From Eledone cirrhosa (lineage: Eukaryota), in assembly GCA_964016885.1 (NCBI GenBank), contig OZ024743.1, positions 178,808,001-178,872,000 of the forward strand: a DNA stretch of 64,000 nt. Reading direction: 5' to 3'. The notes below the pieces were generated by a model. The model was given only the letters and a program-made list of their open reading frames with translations, was not told where the DNA came from and ran no database searches. Positions 62,407 to 64,000 of the stretch are shown in pieces. How positions within the stretch are numbered: the stretch's first letter is position 1; every line of letters starts with the position of its first letter. The position numbers and the translations under genes were made by a program.

Positions 62407-63735
62407 GTGTGTCTGTGTGTCTTGTGTATTAGATTTAAATAGTCAGATTTTTTTTTTAAGATTCTAACAAGCTTATGGAGACTGCGATATTTAGAATATC
62501 ACGCAACGTCATAGCATCAACCGGCTGCATAACAATTATTTACGAATTTCTAATGGAATTCCTCATTGACAAAAAGGGTCAAGAGACGTGTGTTAAAAAG
62601 GTTACTGACGAAAACCGTAACAATACTTCTGGTTAGAGCAAGACACGAAAAGAGCAGTGAACTATTGAAACTTCCAGCTCACATCTGGCACCCCTATTGA
62701 ATATGCTCTTAAATTTATTGATCTCTGATTTCTTAATATTTCGTCTTTTTTTCTTTTCCAGATTCTATTTTCTTGATTTTTTTTTTGGTTCGTTAGTTTA
62801 TACTTTTCATTTTTTGGTTTTCATGTCTTTGTATTTTTTTTTTCTTTTCATTATTTTCCATTAGTCAGTACGACCTAGGTAAAGAATGTACATACATAGA
62901 CTGGTTTAGTGCTACATATATATATAATATGTGTAATCTCAGTGTGGACATGCCAAATATCATGCGTCGTGACATGCTGGGCCTTAATTGGTATTAGAAT
63001 TCTATTGTTAAGACAGTATTTAGTGTTGTTACTGGCAATGTTCGTTTCGATGCTGTTGTTGTTGCAGATGATGCTGTTGAAGTTGATGCTGGTGTTGGTG
63101 ATGTGGTTGTGATAGTGTCTGTTATAGCAGTGGTAAGGTTGCTGATTGTTGATTTATTCAACCTACAATTCAGCTACAGTATTTCTTGCTACGTTCATAT
63201 CTTACAACGGTATTTCAATGTTATCGATCTGCAAGTATAACCTTTTACTTTGACCTATGCATTAAATAGTTATATGAAGAAAAATTTCTAGTTTACAAAC
63301 ATGATACATTAGCAAACCTGAATATACAACTAGAAAAGTATATGTGTAAACATGTGTGTATGTGTGTGTGTGTGCGTGTGTAAATTGGGAAAAGAATATG
63401 CAGACCTTAAGAGATTGTGTTTAATAATAAAGATGTCTAATACAGGTTCAAGGCCTTCAATTTGTGGGGAAGGGAATCTTGATGGTATATCTGTTATTAA
63501 ATGCTGTATATGTGGTGTGGTAAATTATATCACTAGCAGTAGTTAATGGGTAGATTATTCCATCGACCGCAGATGGATAAAGGGACATTTCAGATTGTGG
63601 TACAGATTTGAAATCAAACCGCAATGGGACAGGGCAAATACTGCTAAATATTTATCCAACAGACAAAGTACTCAGTAAATCCACCGCTGTAATCATAACA
63701 ACAACAATTGTGATAATAAAAATGATAATTATAAT

Positions 63736-63931
63736 GATAATAATAATTGTTTCTACTTTTGGCACAAGGCCAGCAATTACCCAGTGCATTGCTGGTACTT
63801 TATTTTATCGACCCCTTATGCATGAAAGGCAAAGTTAACCTCGACAGGATTTGAACTCAGGATGGCAAGGGGCGTAACTCCATGCATCAAATCATGGCGT
63901 CCGACTCTCTACCGATACTGCCAATCCACCG
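63736..63931 (-). mobile_element. tRNA-derived SINE family S, copy 7
   Basis: taataataattgtttctacttttggcacaaggccagc...atttgaactcag...ctgccaatccaccg on the + strand. Confidence 0.88.
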
Positions 63932-64000
63932 TATTATATATATATATATAAATATATATATATATAGCGGCGATGAATTAGTTTTGCGAGGTTTTTTATA

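Noticed and set aside
62840-62890. Possible micro-exon (pyrimidine tract, AG, then AG/GTAAAG)
   Set aside because: Splice-like signals alone are common in AT-rich DNA; no supporting coding context.

Overview
Eukaryotic, repeat-dominated window with no intact host gene recognised. The SINE and LINE families and the long (TA)n tracts suggest an octopus or other cephalopod genome (inference). Bases 1 to ~41,100 are one minisatellite array of a 47/48-bp unit (AAC ATCx4 AAC GAC AAC ACCx3 ACA ACC ACT ACC CC(C)) with kb-scale higher-order duplications; the ORFs called there are repeat artefacts. The most interesting part is 42.6-51 kb. Several unrelated non-coding units carrying type I hammerhead ribozyme (HHR) motifs sit in (TA)n tracts there, three of them as head-to-head palindromes made of circularly permuted, partly tandem monomers (527 bp and 316 bp), resembling Penelope pseudo-LTRs or non-LTR retrozymes. 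One family has a complete HHR with the compensatory U3-A8 core pair (UUGAUAA). From 52.4 to 61.5 kb there is a nested retroelement cluster: tRNA-derived SINEs and Tx1-like LINE 3' fragments with similar (ATT)n-tailed 3' ends, and two decayed R4/Dong-type LINEs (RT plus restriction-like endonuclease) whose 3' ends abut those (ATT)n tails. All folds and alignments were done by eye.
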